A DNA stretch of 64,000 nt from an uncultured Chloroflexia bacterium (GTDB lineage Bacteria > Chloroflexota > Limnocylindria > Limnocylindrales > CSP1-4), in assembly GCA_963771795.1 (NCBI GenBank), contig CAVYUR010000006.1, forward strand, positions 737,661 through 801,660. The letters are read 5' to 3'. The translations under genes and the position numbers were made by a program. Below, one piece after another: positions 28,923 to 38,385 of the stretch (position 1 is its first letter; each line of letters opens with the position of its first letter). The notes beneath the pieces are model-generated. The model did not search any database and had not been told where the DNA came from. It saw only the letters and a list, made by a program, of their open reading frames with translations.

Positions 28923-29801
28923 GTGGTAGCAGCCGTCTCGAACCGACCCCGGAAGCGCGTTCGCTGGCCCGTACTGGCACGCCGCAGCGCCACCATCGCG
29001 CTGTTGATCATCCTGTCCATCCTGGTGCTCCTACCGGTGGGCTGGATGATCACGGTCGCGCTGAAGCCGGATCGCGTACCGGTCTTCACGATTCCGGCAG
29101 AGTGGTTCCCGACGAAATACTTCGCGTTCGACAACTTCATCCGGACGATGACGCAGCCGGATCGACCGTTCGGCCTCTACATGCTGAACACGTTGACGAT
29201 CTTTGTCGGAAATCTGGTCGGGACGCTGTTCTCGTGCTCAGTGGCGGGATACGCGTTTGCTCGGATGCGGTTTCGCGGTCGGGATCGCCTCTTCAGGGTC
29301 CTGATCCTGACGATGCTGATCCCGTGGCAGGCGCTGATGGTTCCGCAGTTCTTGATCTTCCACACCATCGGCTGGTACGGGAGCTACCTGCCACTGATCG
29401 TGCCGTCGTTCTTCGGCAACGCGTTCTTCGTGTTCCTGATCCGGCAGTACATGCGAACCATCCCGCGCGAGCTCGACGAGGCAGCGCGCATCGATGGCGC
29501 GGGCCACCTCGGGATCTTCTGGTGGGTCATCCTGCCGCTGATCAAGCCGGTGCTCGCCGTGTGCGCCGTCTTCGTGTTCCTTGGCAGCTGGAACGACCTC
29601 CTGGGTCCGCTGATCTACCTCGAGCGGAACAGCCAGTTCACCGTCGCCCTGGGTCTCGCCAACAGCGTGACACTGCGCGGCACGGACTGGAACCTGGTGA
29701 TGGCAGCGAACCTCCTGATGATGGCCCCGCCGATCGTGATCTACTTCGTCCTCCAGCGCCGGCTGATCGGCGGGATCGCGTCGGTGGGCCTGAAGGGGTG
29801 A
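28923..29801 (+). CDS. Carbohydrate ABC transporter permease 2
   Basis: MalG/UgpE-like permease, EAA loop DEAARIDGAGHLGIFWWVILPL. Confidence 0.9.
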   Translation: MVAAVSNRPRKRVRWPVLARRSATIALLIILSILVLLPVGWMITVALKPDRVPVFTIPAEWFPTKYFAFDNFIRTMTQPDRPFGLYMLNTLTIFVGNLVGTLFSCSVAGYAFARMRFRGRDRLFRVLILTMLIPWQALMVPQFLIFHTIGWYGSYLPLIVPSFFGNAFFVFLIRQYMRTIPRELDEAARIDGAGHLGIFWWVILPLIKPVLAVCAVFVFLGSWNDLLGPLIYLERNSQFTVALGLANSVTLRGTDWNLVMAANLLMMAPPIVIYFVLQRRLIGGIASVGLKG

Positions 29802-30820
29802 TTGCCGAGCCCGATCCGACTGAGTTCCAGGATCGAGTCCTCGGATGTCTGGTCGGGGGCTTGGTCGGCGACGCGATGGGCACACCGACGGAGGGCATGG
29901 AACCCGAGGACATCGCCGGCGAGTTCGGTTGGGTCACGGCGGTCTCGGGTTCCGGGACCGATGACTCGGCGATGCGCTCGCTCCTCTGCGAAGCCCTGCT
30001 GGCGACCGACGGGTACGCCGGACCGGACGACTGGGCGGAACGGTGGATCGCGAACGGGGACCTGTTCACCGGGCCGCTCCGACCAAAGTTCTTCGTGTCG
30101 GTCCTTCAAACCGCCGAGAAGCTGGCGATGGGCCACGACTCGCGCAGTGTCGCGACCGGGAACATGGCGAGTTCGAGCTCGGCGATGTGCATCGCGCCGG
30201 TCGGCATCGTGAACGCGGGGAACCCTCGTGCCGCCGCGAGCCAGGCGTGGTCGCTGGGGTCGCTGATCCACCAGGGACCCGTGTCGTTCTGCGCAGACGC
30301 CGCGGCAGCCGTGGCCGCCGCGGTGGCGATCGCCGTCGTGCCGGGAGCCTCTCTCGACGAAGTCCTCGGTGCGGCCCGGGCCACCCTGCACCCGCGCTAC
30401 GGCGCCGTGATGCGGGACCTGATCGGGCGGTCGCTGACGCTTGGCGCACGATCGAAGGACTACGAGGCGTTTCGGGACGCATTCCATCGAAGCTTTCGAC
30501 AACCCGTCGCGTGCGACTCTCGCGAGACCGTGCCAGCCGTCTTCGGCCTCCTCGCTCTCGCCGAGGGAGATCCGGGGCGATGCGTCGAATACGCTGCCAA
30601 TTTCGGGCGCGACACGGATACCATCGGGGCGATGGTCGGGTCGATCTCCGGCGCCCTCGCGGGGGCCACGTCGCTGCCGATCGCCTGGACGGCGTCGCTC
30701 GACGCGAAGCGGCTCAAGGGCGAGCAGCGCATGAGCGCGAAGCTGGCAGCCCTGGCGATCCGGAAGGCCGCCGATCAGCGCGCCGGGGCGACAGCGACCC
30801 TCGGCCGGCTCACGTCCTGA
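29798..30820 (+). CDS. ADP-ribosylglycohydrolase-family protein (second copy)
   Basis: GTG 29798 overlaps the upstream stop (GTGA). ARH blocks GGLVGDAMGTPTEG, GTDDSAM, NFGRDTDTIGAMVGSISGALAG. The ORF track fuses it to an out-of-frame upstream ORF (28061..30820). Confidence 0.88.
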   Translation: MIAEPDPTEFQDRVLGCLVGGLVGDAMGTPTEGMEPEDIAGEFGWVTAVSGSGTDDSAMRSLLCEALLATDGYAGPDDWAERWIANGDLFTGPLRPKFFVSVLQTAEKLAMGHDSRSVATGNMASSSSAMCIAPVGIVNAGNPRAAASQAWSLGSLIHQGPVSFCADAAAAVAAAVAIAVVPGASLDEVLGAARATLHPRYGAVMRDLIGRSLTLGARSKDYEAFRDAFHRSFRQPVACDSRETVPAVFGLLALAEGDPGRCVEYAANFGRDTDTIGAMVGSISGALAGATSLPIAWTASLDAKRLKGEQRMSAKLAALAIRKAADQRAGATATLGRLTS

Positions 30821-30823
30821 CGC

Positions 30824-33343
30824 ATGGCGACGTCGTTTTCGCCCGTGCCTGCATCCGCCATCGCGTCCGTGGAGGGTCCGGACCCGGTCCGCGACTTCGC
30901 GTTCCACCCCAGCATCGACGGTGCGGTCCAGGATCTACCCAGCGGCGATCAGGCGCTGTGGGGAATCCCGTTCGCGTTTGCGCCGGAAGCCGCGACGCCT
31001 GGACATCGCTGGCTGTCGCTGCCGACGCGGCCTCGCGCCGATATCGCGATCGAGCCGGCCCTGGCGGACTGGGTCATCTTCGCCCACTTCTCCACGGGCC
31101 CGAATGCGTCAGACGGCCAGGCTCCGGGTTCGGGGGTCATCAACCCAGGTTCGCGCGTCGCTACCTATTCGCTGGTCTATGCCGATGGAGTCGAGCGCAG
31201 CGTGCCGATCCGGCGACGGTTCGAGATCAACGACATCGTGGTCGGCTGGGGCCAGGCAGCATTCGCCAGTCTTCCCCATCGCAACGACTACGCGCGCGAC
31301 TGGCGAGGTCCGCACGCCGTGGGCGAATGGGGGTTCCACCAGACCGGCGTCAAAGATGGGGGCTATGCCGGCGTGGGGCTTGGCGAGCCCGCCGATCCAC
31401 CGTTCGGGACGTACTGGCTGTTCGCCCTCCGCAACCCTCGCCCGCGGGTCGCGCTCACAAATCTGCGCCTGGCGGCCGCGACCTCGAACTGGATCGCCGT
31501 CGGGGCCATCACCCTCGTCCGGTCAGCGGCCCACCCGCTCCGGCGCGCCCGCCTCCTGAGCCTTGTCGTCGAATCGGGCGCGTCTGATCCCGAGCCGGAA
31601 GTTGCGGTCGATCTGGGCGTGATCGCGCGGACGCTGGATTCCCAACCGACGGACCGAAGGGCGTGGCTGCGCGCCAGCGTCATCGGCTGGGGCGACGACG
31701 CCGACCATGGCCAACCCGCCAACCACATCGTCCAGGTCGCCGCCGCCGAGGCGGGGGCCGTCACGGTCGCGGGAGCGAGCGCCGCCGTCGCCGACCTGGC
31801 ACGGCGTCGGCGAACGACGCTGTCGAACGGCATCCGGGTCGAGACCCTCCCCGAACCGATGCGCCTCGTCTCGTTCGAGGTTCGCAATTCCGAGTCCGGC
31901 GCGCTGACGCCTTCGCGAGTCCACGCACGAACCAGGCAGGGCAGGTACCTCCCTCCCATCGGTCACCGGCAGGAAGTGAACGACTTCTGGTTCGAAGACT
32001 TCGGCGCGGATCTCAAGCTTGGCCGGACGAATTACGCGTATGTGCCCGGATCGTTCGAGATCCGGCTACCAGCCGGCGATGTGTTCCTGGAGGTCGTCAA
32101 GGGCTTCGAATATGAACCGGTCCGGCTGGTGGTGAAGGCCGGGGCCATCTCCGCCGACCCGGTCGTTGTCCACCTGAAGCGAACGGGCGACGTCCGCCGC
32201 CAGGGCTGGATCGCGGCCGACACACATGTCCACTTCCTCTCGCCCGAAACAGCGTGGCTGGAAGGTCAGGCAGAGGGCCTCAGCATCGTCAACCTGCTCG
32301 CGGCCCAATGGGGCGACCTCTACACGAATGCCGGGGATGTCACCGGTGAGCTGTCGCCCGTCAGTCGAGACGACACGCTGGTCTGGGTGGGGACAGAGAA
32401 CCGCCAGCACATCCTGGGGCACCTGTCGCTGCTGGGAGCCAGCGGGACCATCACGGCTCCACTCAGTTCCGCCGGCCCTGACGAGGCCTACCTGGGGGAC
32501 GCGGCCTGGACGAGCATCTCGGAGTGGGCAGAAGACAGCCGGCGGCGCGGCGGGTTGGCCGTCGTCCCCCACTTCCCGAATCCGTACTGCGAGGTCGTCG
32601 CGGACGTCGCGCTCGGACGGGTTGACGCCCTCGAGGTCCGCGACTTCTGGACCGGTGTCGACACCTACGCCGTGCGCGAGTGGTACCGGCTCCTCAACAG
32701 CGGTCTGCGTGTTCCGATCGTGGGTGGCACCGACAAGATGAGTGCCAGCATGCCAATCGGGGGGCTGCGCACGTATGCGCAGGTGGGCACCGGACCGACC
32801 ACATGGGAGACCTGGACCGAAGCCGTGCGATCCGGTCGAACGTCGACCTCAAGCGGCCCGTTCATCGACCTTTCTGTGGACGGCGTCGGGCTCGGTGGGG
32901 AGATCGCGATCGGCTCGGGAGCGAGACTCGACATCCGTGCGACGGCGAGCTGCGTTGCACCCCTCGATCGCCTGGAGCTCGTCTACAACGGCAGGGTCGT
33001 CGAGGCGACGACCGACCGGCGCGGCAATCGCTCCCTGGAACTCAACGCCACGCTCCGGGCCTCCCACGGCGGCTGGATCGCCGCCCGCACGTCAAGCCCG
33101 TTCATCGCCCAGCATGCGTGGCCGGTCCAGATGGCCGCGCACACGTCGCCGATCTACCTCGTCGGGGATCGTCACCTCGCGGCGCGTGACGACATCGCGT
33201 ATCTGCGGACGATCGTCGCCGGCGGCTTGGCCTGGCTGGACACGCTGGCGACACCGGCAGATCGATCGACCCACCGTCGGATCAGAAGCGTATTCACGTC
33301 CGCCGACCGCGAGCTCCGCGACCTCGCCCGCCGCAATCGGTGA
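30824..33343 (+). CDS. Large protein: unknown ~330-aa N-terminal region plus a CehA/McbA-like (PHP-type) metallohydrolase C-terminal half
   Basis: 839 aa. HxH motif in IAADTHVHFLSP, later GTENRQHILGH and VGGTDKMS, consistent with a PHP/CehA-type metal centre. No recognisable motif in the N-terminal third. Confidence 0.65.
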   Translation: MATSFSPVPASAIASVEGPDPVRDFAFHPSIDGAVQDLPSGDQALWGIPFAFAPEAATPGHRWLSLPTRPRADIAIEPALADWVIFAHFSTGPNASDGQAPGSGVINPGSRVATYSLVYADGVERSVPIRRRFEINDIVVGWGQAAFASLPHRNDYARDWRGPHAVGEWGFHQTGVKDGGYAGVGLGEPADPPFGTYWLFALRNPRPRVALTNLRLAAATSNWIAVGAITLVRSAAHPLRRARLLSLVVESGASDPEPEVAVDLGVIARTLDSQPTDRRAWLRASVIGWGDDADHGQPANHIVQVAAAEAGAVTVAGASAAVADLARRRRTTLSNGIRVETLPEPMRLVSFEVRNSESGALTPSRVHARTRQGRYLPPIGHRQEVNDFWFEDFGADLKLGRTNYAYVPGSFEIRLPAGDVFLEVVKGFEYEPVRLVVKAGAISADPVVVHLKRTGDVRRQGWIAADTHVHFLSPETAWLEGQAEGLSIVNLLAAQWGDLYTNAGDVTGELSPVSRDDTLVWVGTENRQHILGHLSLLGASGTITAPLSSAGPDEAYLGDAAWTSISEWAEDSRRRGGLAVVPHFPNPYCEVVADVALGRVDALEVRDFWTGVDTYAVREWYRLLNSGLRVPIVGGTDKMSASMPIGGLRTYAQVGTGPTTWETWTEAVRSGRTSTSSGPFIDLSVDGVGLGGEIAIGSGARLDIRATASCVAPLDRLELVYNGRVVEATTDRRGNRSLELNATLRASHGGWIAARTSSPFIAQHAWPVQMAAHTSPIYLVGDRHLAARDDIAYLRTIVAGGLAWLDTLATPADRSTHRRIRSVFTSADRELRDLARRNR

Positions 33344-33378
33344 TCGGGCGCCGGCGTGCTGGCGAGCCGGCATCCGCC

Positions 33379-34440
33379 TCAGGCAGACGCCCTCGGGATC
33401 AGCAAGCAGGGAAGGACCTCGATCCGTGCCGGCGCGTCGACCTCCATGCTCATCCTTGAGATCAAGAGTTCGGCCGCTCGTTGGCCGAGGGCGCGTTTGG
33501 GCTGATCGATGGTCGTCAGGCTGGGTGTCACCATCCGGGCGACCGCGATGTCGTCGAAGCCGATGAGCGCAGTGTCGCCCGGGATGTCGAACCCGGCTCC
33601 CTGGAGCGTCTGCATCGCGCCGAGCGCCATCAGGTCATTGGCCGCGAAGACAGCATCGGGCGGACGGCCGCCTCTGGAGATCAGCTCATCCATGGCGCGC
33701 TGGCCGCTCTCGAAGGTGAAGTCGCCGTATGCAATCTCTGCGGTTGCGGGTGACCGCCCTCCGTCCCGCAGGCCGTCGAGAAAGCCCCGCAGGCGATCGG
33801 CTCCATTCGTCGTATCGGGGGAGCCGGCGATGATCGCGATTCGGGCGAAGTCTCGCCCTGCGAACCGGAGCCCGACCTCTCGGGCGGCGGCCACATTGTC
33901 GATCCCGACACGGTCGACGGATCGGTCGACTCCATGGCCCCCGCCGATGTACGTCACGGGGATGCCACTCGACACGAGCCGATGGACGTCGCGAGCCGAC
34001 TCGTGCAGGTCACAGATGATCGCGCCGTCGGCCCCGGCGCCGAGGATCGTCAGGCATACGCCGCTGAGCCTGCCGGGTTCGTTGTCGGTGTTGAACGTCA
34101 TGACCTGGTAGTTGGCGCGGTCGGCGACTTCCTGTACGCCGCGTTGGACCTCGGGCCAGAACGGGTTCGTGATGTCCGGAACGACGAGCGCGATCGTCAT
34201 CGTCTGGCGTGTCCGCAGGCTGCGAGCCGCACCGTGCGGTATGTACCCGAGCGACTCGATCGCGTTCAGGATCTTCCGCCGTGTGGCGGGCGTGACGCTC
34301 ACATCGGTGCTGTTGAGGACGTACGACACGAGCGCCTGGGAGACCCCCGCGAGTCTCGCCACGTCGGCCTGGGTCGGTCGGCGCTGCCGGCGACCGACGG
34401 ACGCCTCGGGCCCTGGCGCGAAACGTTCGGGACGGCTCAC
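33379..34440 (-). CDS. LacI-family transcriptional regulator
   Basis: N-terminal HTH (TQADVARLAGVSQALVSYVLN), then a periplasmic-binding-protein-like sugar sensor domain. Confidence 0.92.
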   Translation of the reverse strand: MSRPERFAPGPEASVGRRQRRPTQADVARLAGVSQALVSYVLNSTDVSVTPATRRKILNAIESLGYIPHGAARSLRTRQTMTIALVVPDITNPFWPEVQRGVQEVADRANYQVMTFNTDNEPGRLSGVCLTILGAGADGAIICDLHESARDVHRLVSSGIPVTYIGGGHGVDRSVDRVGIDNVAAAREVGLRFAGRDFARIAIIAGSPDTTNGADRLRGFLDGLRDGGRSPATAEIAYGDFTFESGQRAMDELISRGGRPPDAVFAANDLMALGAMQTLQGAGFDIPGDTALIGFDDIAVARMVTPSLTTIDQPKRALGQRAAELLISRMSMEVDAPARIEVLPCLLIPRASA

Positions 34441-34476
34441 GACAGGGCGTCCGACATGCGCGAAGCGTAGTCGAAA

Positions 34477-36033
34477 TCAGGGTCCATCTGAGGGACGCGG
34501 CTCGCCCGCCTGGACGTCGAGGAACCGATAGCCGTAGGGCGCGAGGATGAACGTCGGCGTGGCCGTCTCGAGCTCTGGTCCGGGCTCACCGGTGGCCAGG
34601 TCGATCGATTGCTGGGGAACGGTGATTCCCGTTCCGGCAAGGTCGAGCGTGATCGAGGCCTCGGAGTCGTCGAAGTTGTAGAGGAGCAGCGCCGACCTGC
34701 TGCCGTCGGCGCTCGAGCGCTTGATCGCGTAGGCCCGCGCACCGTCCCCGGCCGGCACCCGCTCGCGCGATGCCGATGGCGCGAGGGCCGGCGACTTCCG
34801 CAGGATCCTGAACACATCCCACACGCCTTCGAGGGCCGCCGCCGGCAGGTTCGGACCATTCGAGTTCTCGATGAGCTCCTCGAAGTCGATCGAGTACTGG
34901 GCGCCCATGCCGGCCTGGACCGCTGCGTCGAGGGCCCTGAGCCGCGGATCGAGGTCGAGGTCGTAGAGCGATATGGCGTAAACGCCGCGGCCCGCTGTGC
35001 GACGGGGATCGAAGTAGGTCGCCCATTGCTCTTCGAGTCGGTCCACCGTGCCGGTCGGCGGGACCCGCCCGGCGCGGGACGCAAACGAGTCCAGGTCGTC
35101 GTCGCCGTTGATCATGATGTGGGTGAAGCCGACCCGATCGCTGTCGGCTTCGTTCTCGTACGTCCCGATGCCCTCGGCATGCAGATAGAGCTGCATGCCC
35201 GGCCGGTGCTCGCGAGGCGCGCTGATCATGACCTCGGTCTGGCGGGCTGCGTCCGCGCCTTGCATCCCCCAGTAGGACGTCGGGATGTCGTACTCGAACC
35301 CCTGGATGCCGAGATCCATCCAGAACCGGAGCACGCGTTTCGCGTACTCGCGGGTGCTGGCGTTCGCGAAGTCAACCCCCGGAAAGCCCCAGCTGGTCGC
35401 ATACCAGCGTTGCGCGATCTCGCTCCATGCCCAGCCGCCCTCGAGTGGCCGCGCGACGTCCTGCTCGCTGGGTGGCGCGCCGTTGGGCGGCGGAACGGAC
35501 CCGTCCGGGACGCGCTCATCCCAGCGGAGCATCCGAGCTTCCGGCGAATCGACGCCGTCGCGCCGGTCAGCTTGAGCTTTCGCGAAGATCGGGTTCCGCG
35601 GACTGATGTAGATCAAGGCGACGTACATCGTGACGGTGATGCCCTTGCCGTTGGCCGCGGCCACCATCGACCGGAATTCCTCGATCGTCCCGTTTTCGGG
35701 ACTCGTGGCGAAGTAGTCGATCGCCGGGAGGCCGCGGTATTCGCCCGTGCTCTGGTACGGGGCATAGATCATCAGGTTGGTGATGCCCCGACTCGTGTAG
35801 AAATCGCCCTTGATCCGCTCCGTGATCGTCGAGAAACGTGTTGCGCCGTACACGGGCGGCTCCGGCGTGTGGATGTAGTGGTAGATCCAGCTGCCGCCGC
35901 TCGAAAACGGCGTGCCGGGGACTCCGAGTCCCTCCGCCGGTGCCTTGTCGTCCCGCGCCACCATCGTCGCGAGTCCTCCAGCTGCCACCATCGCGACGAT
36001 CGATCCGGCGACCAAACGGCGCCTTCCGGTCAC
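34477..36033 (-). CDS. Secreted/anchored alpha-amylase-family (GH13-like) glycoside hydrolase
   Basis: N-terminal hydrophobic anchor. TIM-barrel-like blocks resemble GH13 regions II-IV (GIQGFEYDIP, YLHAEGIG, FTHIMINGDDD). The assignment is moderately confident only. Confidence 0.65.
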   Translation of the reverse strand: MTGRRRLVAGSIVAMVAAGGLATMVARDDKAPAEGLGVPGTPFSSGGSWIYHYIHTPEPPVYGATRFSTITERIKGDFYTSRGITNLMIYAPYQSTGEYRGLPAIDYFATSPENGTIEEFRSMVAAANGKGITVTMYVALIYISPRNPIFAKAQADRRDGVDSPEARMLRWDERVPDGSVPPPNGAPPSEQDVARPLEGGWAWSEIAQRWYATSWGFPGVDFANASTREYAKRVLRFWMDLGIQGFEYDIPTSYWGMQGADAARQTEVMISAPREHRPGMQLYLHAEGIGTYENEADSDRVGFTHIMINGDDDLDSFASRAGRVPPTGTVDRLEEQWATYFDPRRTAGRGVYAISLYDLDLDPRLRALDAAVQAGMGAQYSIDFEELIENSNGPNLPAAALEGVWDVFRILRKSPALAPSASRERVPAGDGARAYAIKRSSADGSRSALLLYNFDDSEASITLDLAGTGITVPQQSIDLATGEPGPELETATPTFILAPYGYRFLDVQAGEPRPSDGP

Positions 36034-36153
36034 CCGTTGGCGCCGAGGGAGACGCGCGGCCCTCTCATCGAAAGATTGTACGTATAAGCGAAGCCCTTGG
36101 GGGACTCGCGGTTTCAGCTCCAGGAGGGTTGCGGCGAGGCTCTCCGACTCCGA

Positions 36154-36624
36154 TTAGCGGGTGGTGATTCGGTCGCCGTGAATCTCCCCGCGCCACGCAC
36201 CGGTTTCCTTGCCGCGCGAGTCGATGAACTCCTTGAAACGTTCGAGGTCGCCCTTCACGCGACCCTCGAGGATCCCGAGATTCGCGCCGATGGTCTCGAT
36301 CGGGCCGTCAGGATCCGCGTCGATCCGAAGAATGATTCGGGTCTTGTCGGGACCGAGTGGCTCGAAGAGGACGGCGCCGGCGTTCTCCTCGCCGCTCGTG
36401 CTCTTCCAGGCGATCCGCTGATCGGGCGTCTGGTCGGTGATCGTCGCCGTCCATTCCTTCTTCATGCCGACGATGCTCGCCGTCCAATCGAGGGTCCTGT
36501 CGTCTCGCTGCACGACGCGCTCGACTCCCTCCATGAACCTGGGAAAGTCCTCGAACTGGGTCCACTGGTTGTAGGCCGTTCGGATCGGCACATCGACATC
36601 GATGGAAGCTTCAAAGCGTGGCAT
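36154..36624 (-). CDS. SRPBCC-superfamily (cyclase/dehydrase-like) protein
   Basis: MPRFEASIDVDVPIRTAYNQWTQFEDFPRFMEGV... is the typical polyketide-cyclase/SRPBCC N-terminus. ATG 36624 follows GGGAGGA. Confidence 0.85.
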   Translation of the reverse strand: MPRFEASIDVDVPIRTAYNQWTQFEDFPRFMEGVERVVQRDDRTLDWTASIVGMKKEWTATITDQTPDQRIAWKSTSGEENAGAVLFEPLGPDKTRIILRIDADPDGPIETIGANLGILEGRVKGDLERFKEFIDSRGKETGAWRGEIHGDRITTR

Positions 36625-36730
36625 CTCGTCCTCCCTGGGTTGGTTTGAACCCGAGGATGCCATGCCTGTCGGTGCGATCTAGCGGGTCATGCGAGCGTGG
36701 GGCTTGCAGCTCCGCGACAGCCCCGGTATC

Positions 36731-37501
36731 TCAGCCTTGATTGACGAGCTCCGTCACGTGAACGAACTCGCCGGCGAGTGCAGCCTTTTCATCGTGGGTC
36801 AGGTCCAGCGACTCCGCCGCAGCCAGAGATGCTCGAGCCAGCTCACCATCCCCTGTCCGGACGGCCAACTCCGCGCGGTACAGGTAGGCCTTTGCGCGTT
36901 CTCCTGCTTCGGCAGCCTCCCCAAATCGGGTGAGACCGCTTTCGAGCGTCTTCAGGGCCAGTGCCTCGTCGCCGTGGGCATCTCCCAAGCGCGTGGCGAC
37001 GTAGACGATCTGGGCCAGTCCTTCCGCCTTCTCCGCCGAATCTTCCTCTTCGGACTCGCCAAGCTTGGAGATTCGCAGCCAGTTGCCGCCCGGGTCAACG
37101 ACACTGAATCCGCGCACAGTGCCATACTTCTTCCGCGGTCGGGTGATGCGTGGGATGCCAGCGACCGGCAGCTTGCCATGCGCCTTCCGCAGTCCGGCAG
37201 CAAAGTCGCGATAGAGGCCGTCGGGGTCCGGTACGACGACGATCGCCGTGCCATACGAGTCGGCGGGATCGAAGGCTTCGATGCCGAAGAGATGGATGTG
37301 GATGTCTTCGAGGGCTACGACCGCGTACGGGTTGGGACGGACTTGTCGGTACGTCCTCTTGAACCCGATGGATTCGTAGAACGTGACCGATTCATCGATG
37401 TCTGCGCAGGGTAGGCAGGGGTACGTGCGTTCGTTCGCCAATCGAGGCTCCGGATGAACGGGAATTGGCTCCGGCGGGCGGGAGCCCGCCGTGTACTCCA
37501 T
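36731..37501 (-). CDS. VOC (glyoxalase/bleomycin-resistance fold) domain protein with a helical C-terminal extension
   Basis: From ATG 37501: VOC-like core (YPCLPCADIDESVTFYESIGFKRTY...FSVVDPGGNWLRI), followed by a TPR-like helical tail. The upstream part of ORF 36731..38029 is rejected. Confidence 0.7.
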   Translation of the reverse strand: MEYTAGSRPPEPIPVHPEPRLANERTYPCLPCADIDESVTFYESIGFKRTYRQVRPNPYAVVALEDIHIHLFGIEAFDPADSYGTAIVVVPDPDGLYRDFAAGLRKAHGKLPVAGIPRITRPRKKYGTVRGFSVVDPGGNWLRISKLGESEEEDSAEKAEGLAQIVYVATRLGDAHGDEALALKTLESGLTRFGEAAEAGERAKAYLYRAELAVRTGDGELARASLAAAESLDLTHDEKAALAGEFVHVTELVNQG

Positions 37502-37707
37502 GCGCGAGGAGCGGCGCCGACCGAGATCATCCTCCCCTACCCGATTCGGCCGCGCCCGAGCCTGTCCAGCACCGTCCTCGAATGCGGCCAGTGCCACGAG
37601 GTGGTTGAACGGACGTCGCCCGTTCAACGACGTTGCCCAGCGTGCCGCAGGGTGATTGAACGGGCCCGAAGTCGAGAGGCGATGCGTCGTCGCCGGGCCA
37701 GCGAATA

Positions 37708-38366
37708 CTAGGCGAAGCGGCGCCAGTTCCAGAAATGTCGTGCGGTCGCCGATATCTCGCGCTTCTCGACGAGAGCAGTTCGCTCGGCCGTCTCGAACGC
37801 CAGCATGTCGCCAGCGAGAACGGCGAGTTCCTCGAGCGCGACTGGGGCCGCCACAAGGTAGGACCCAAACCCGGGCTCCTCGTCGAAGTCCGGCGACGGC
37901 CAGCCGACGTAGCCTTCCGCCCAGACAACGGTCGCGACCCTTCGTTCTCCATCGGCGCCATGCCACGCCCCCGCTCGTTGTGGATCCGGGGACCAGTCGA
38001 GACTCGCGGCGCTGCCGGGTTGATGGCAATCCAGCGTTCCTTGGTGGTCATGAAACGTACGCCCCCGTAGTTAAGTAGGGTCAGAGACCCGTCCGGATCG
38101 CCACGGCTCGGATAGGCGCTGAGCGAGACCATTGTTTCGGTAAAGAGGTTCTCCTGCCCGGCCGCAATGGCCCCCGCCGAGGCAGCAGGGACCAACGTCC
38201 GCCTGCGCTCTTCGGTTGGGCGTTCCCACTCCAGTCGGCGTATCACGGAGTACTCGGCAATCACGACGCCCCGCGTCGTTGTCGGAAGCGGACGCTCTTC
38301 GATGCGAAGGTCGGAAACCCAATCGTCAGGGGAGACTCGAGAGTCGCGGGGTCGAACTGGTTCCAT
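37708..38366 (-). CDS. Hypothetical protein, 19 nt downstream of the STAND gene, reading frame broken near 38000
   Basis: The frame of ORF 37527..38369 is protein-like only down to ...TKERWIAINPAAPRVS. A start-less open frame then continues as LDWSPDPQRAGAWHGADGERRVATVVWAEGYVGWPSPDFDEEPGFGSYLVAAPVALEELAVLAGDMLAFETAERTALVEKREISATARHFWNWRRFA, ending at TAG 37708-37710. No family recognised. Confidence 0.45.
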
Positions 38367-38385
38367 CAACCACGGTGGCCGCTGA

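Noticed and set aside
28061-30820. 919-aa ORF suggesting a giant fusion protein across the two permease genes and the second ARH gene.
   Set aside because: Only the last 340 codons (from GTG 29798) are protein-like. The upstream part is an out-of-frame read-through of the permease genes, whose real frames are 27975..28919 and 28923..29801.
36625-36660. T-arm-like sequence (minus strand CTCGGGTTCAAACCAACCC), considered as the missing 3' part of the truncated tRNA-Gln or as an att repeat.
   Set aside because: It is on the wrong strand and the wrong side relative to the tRNA-Gln fragment, has no acceptor-stem match, and sits in the 5' leader and RBS region of the SRPBCC gene.
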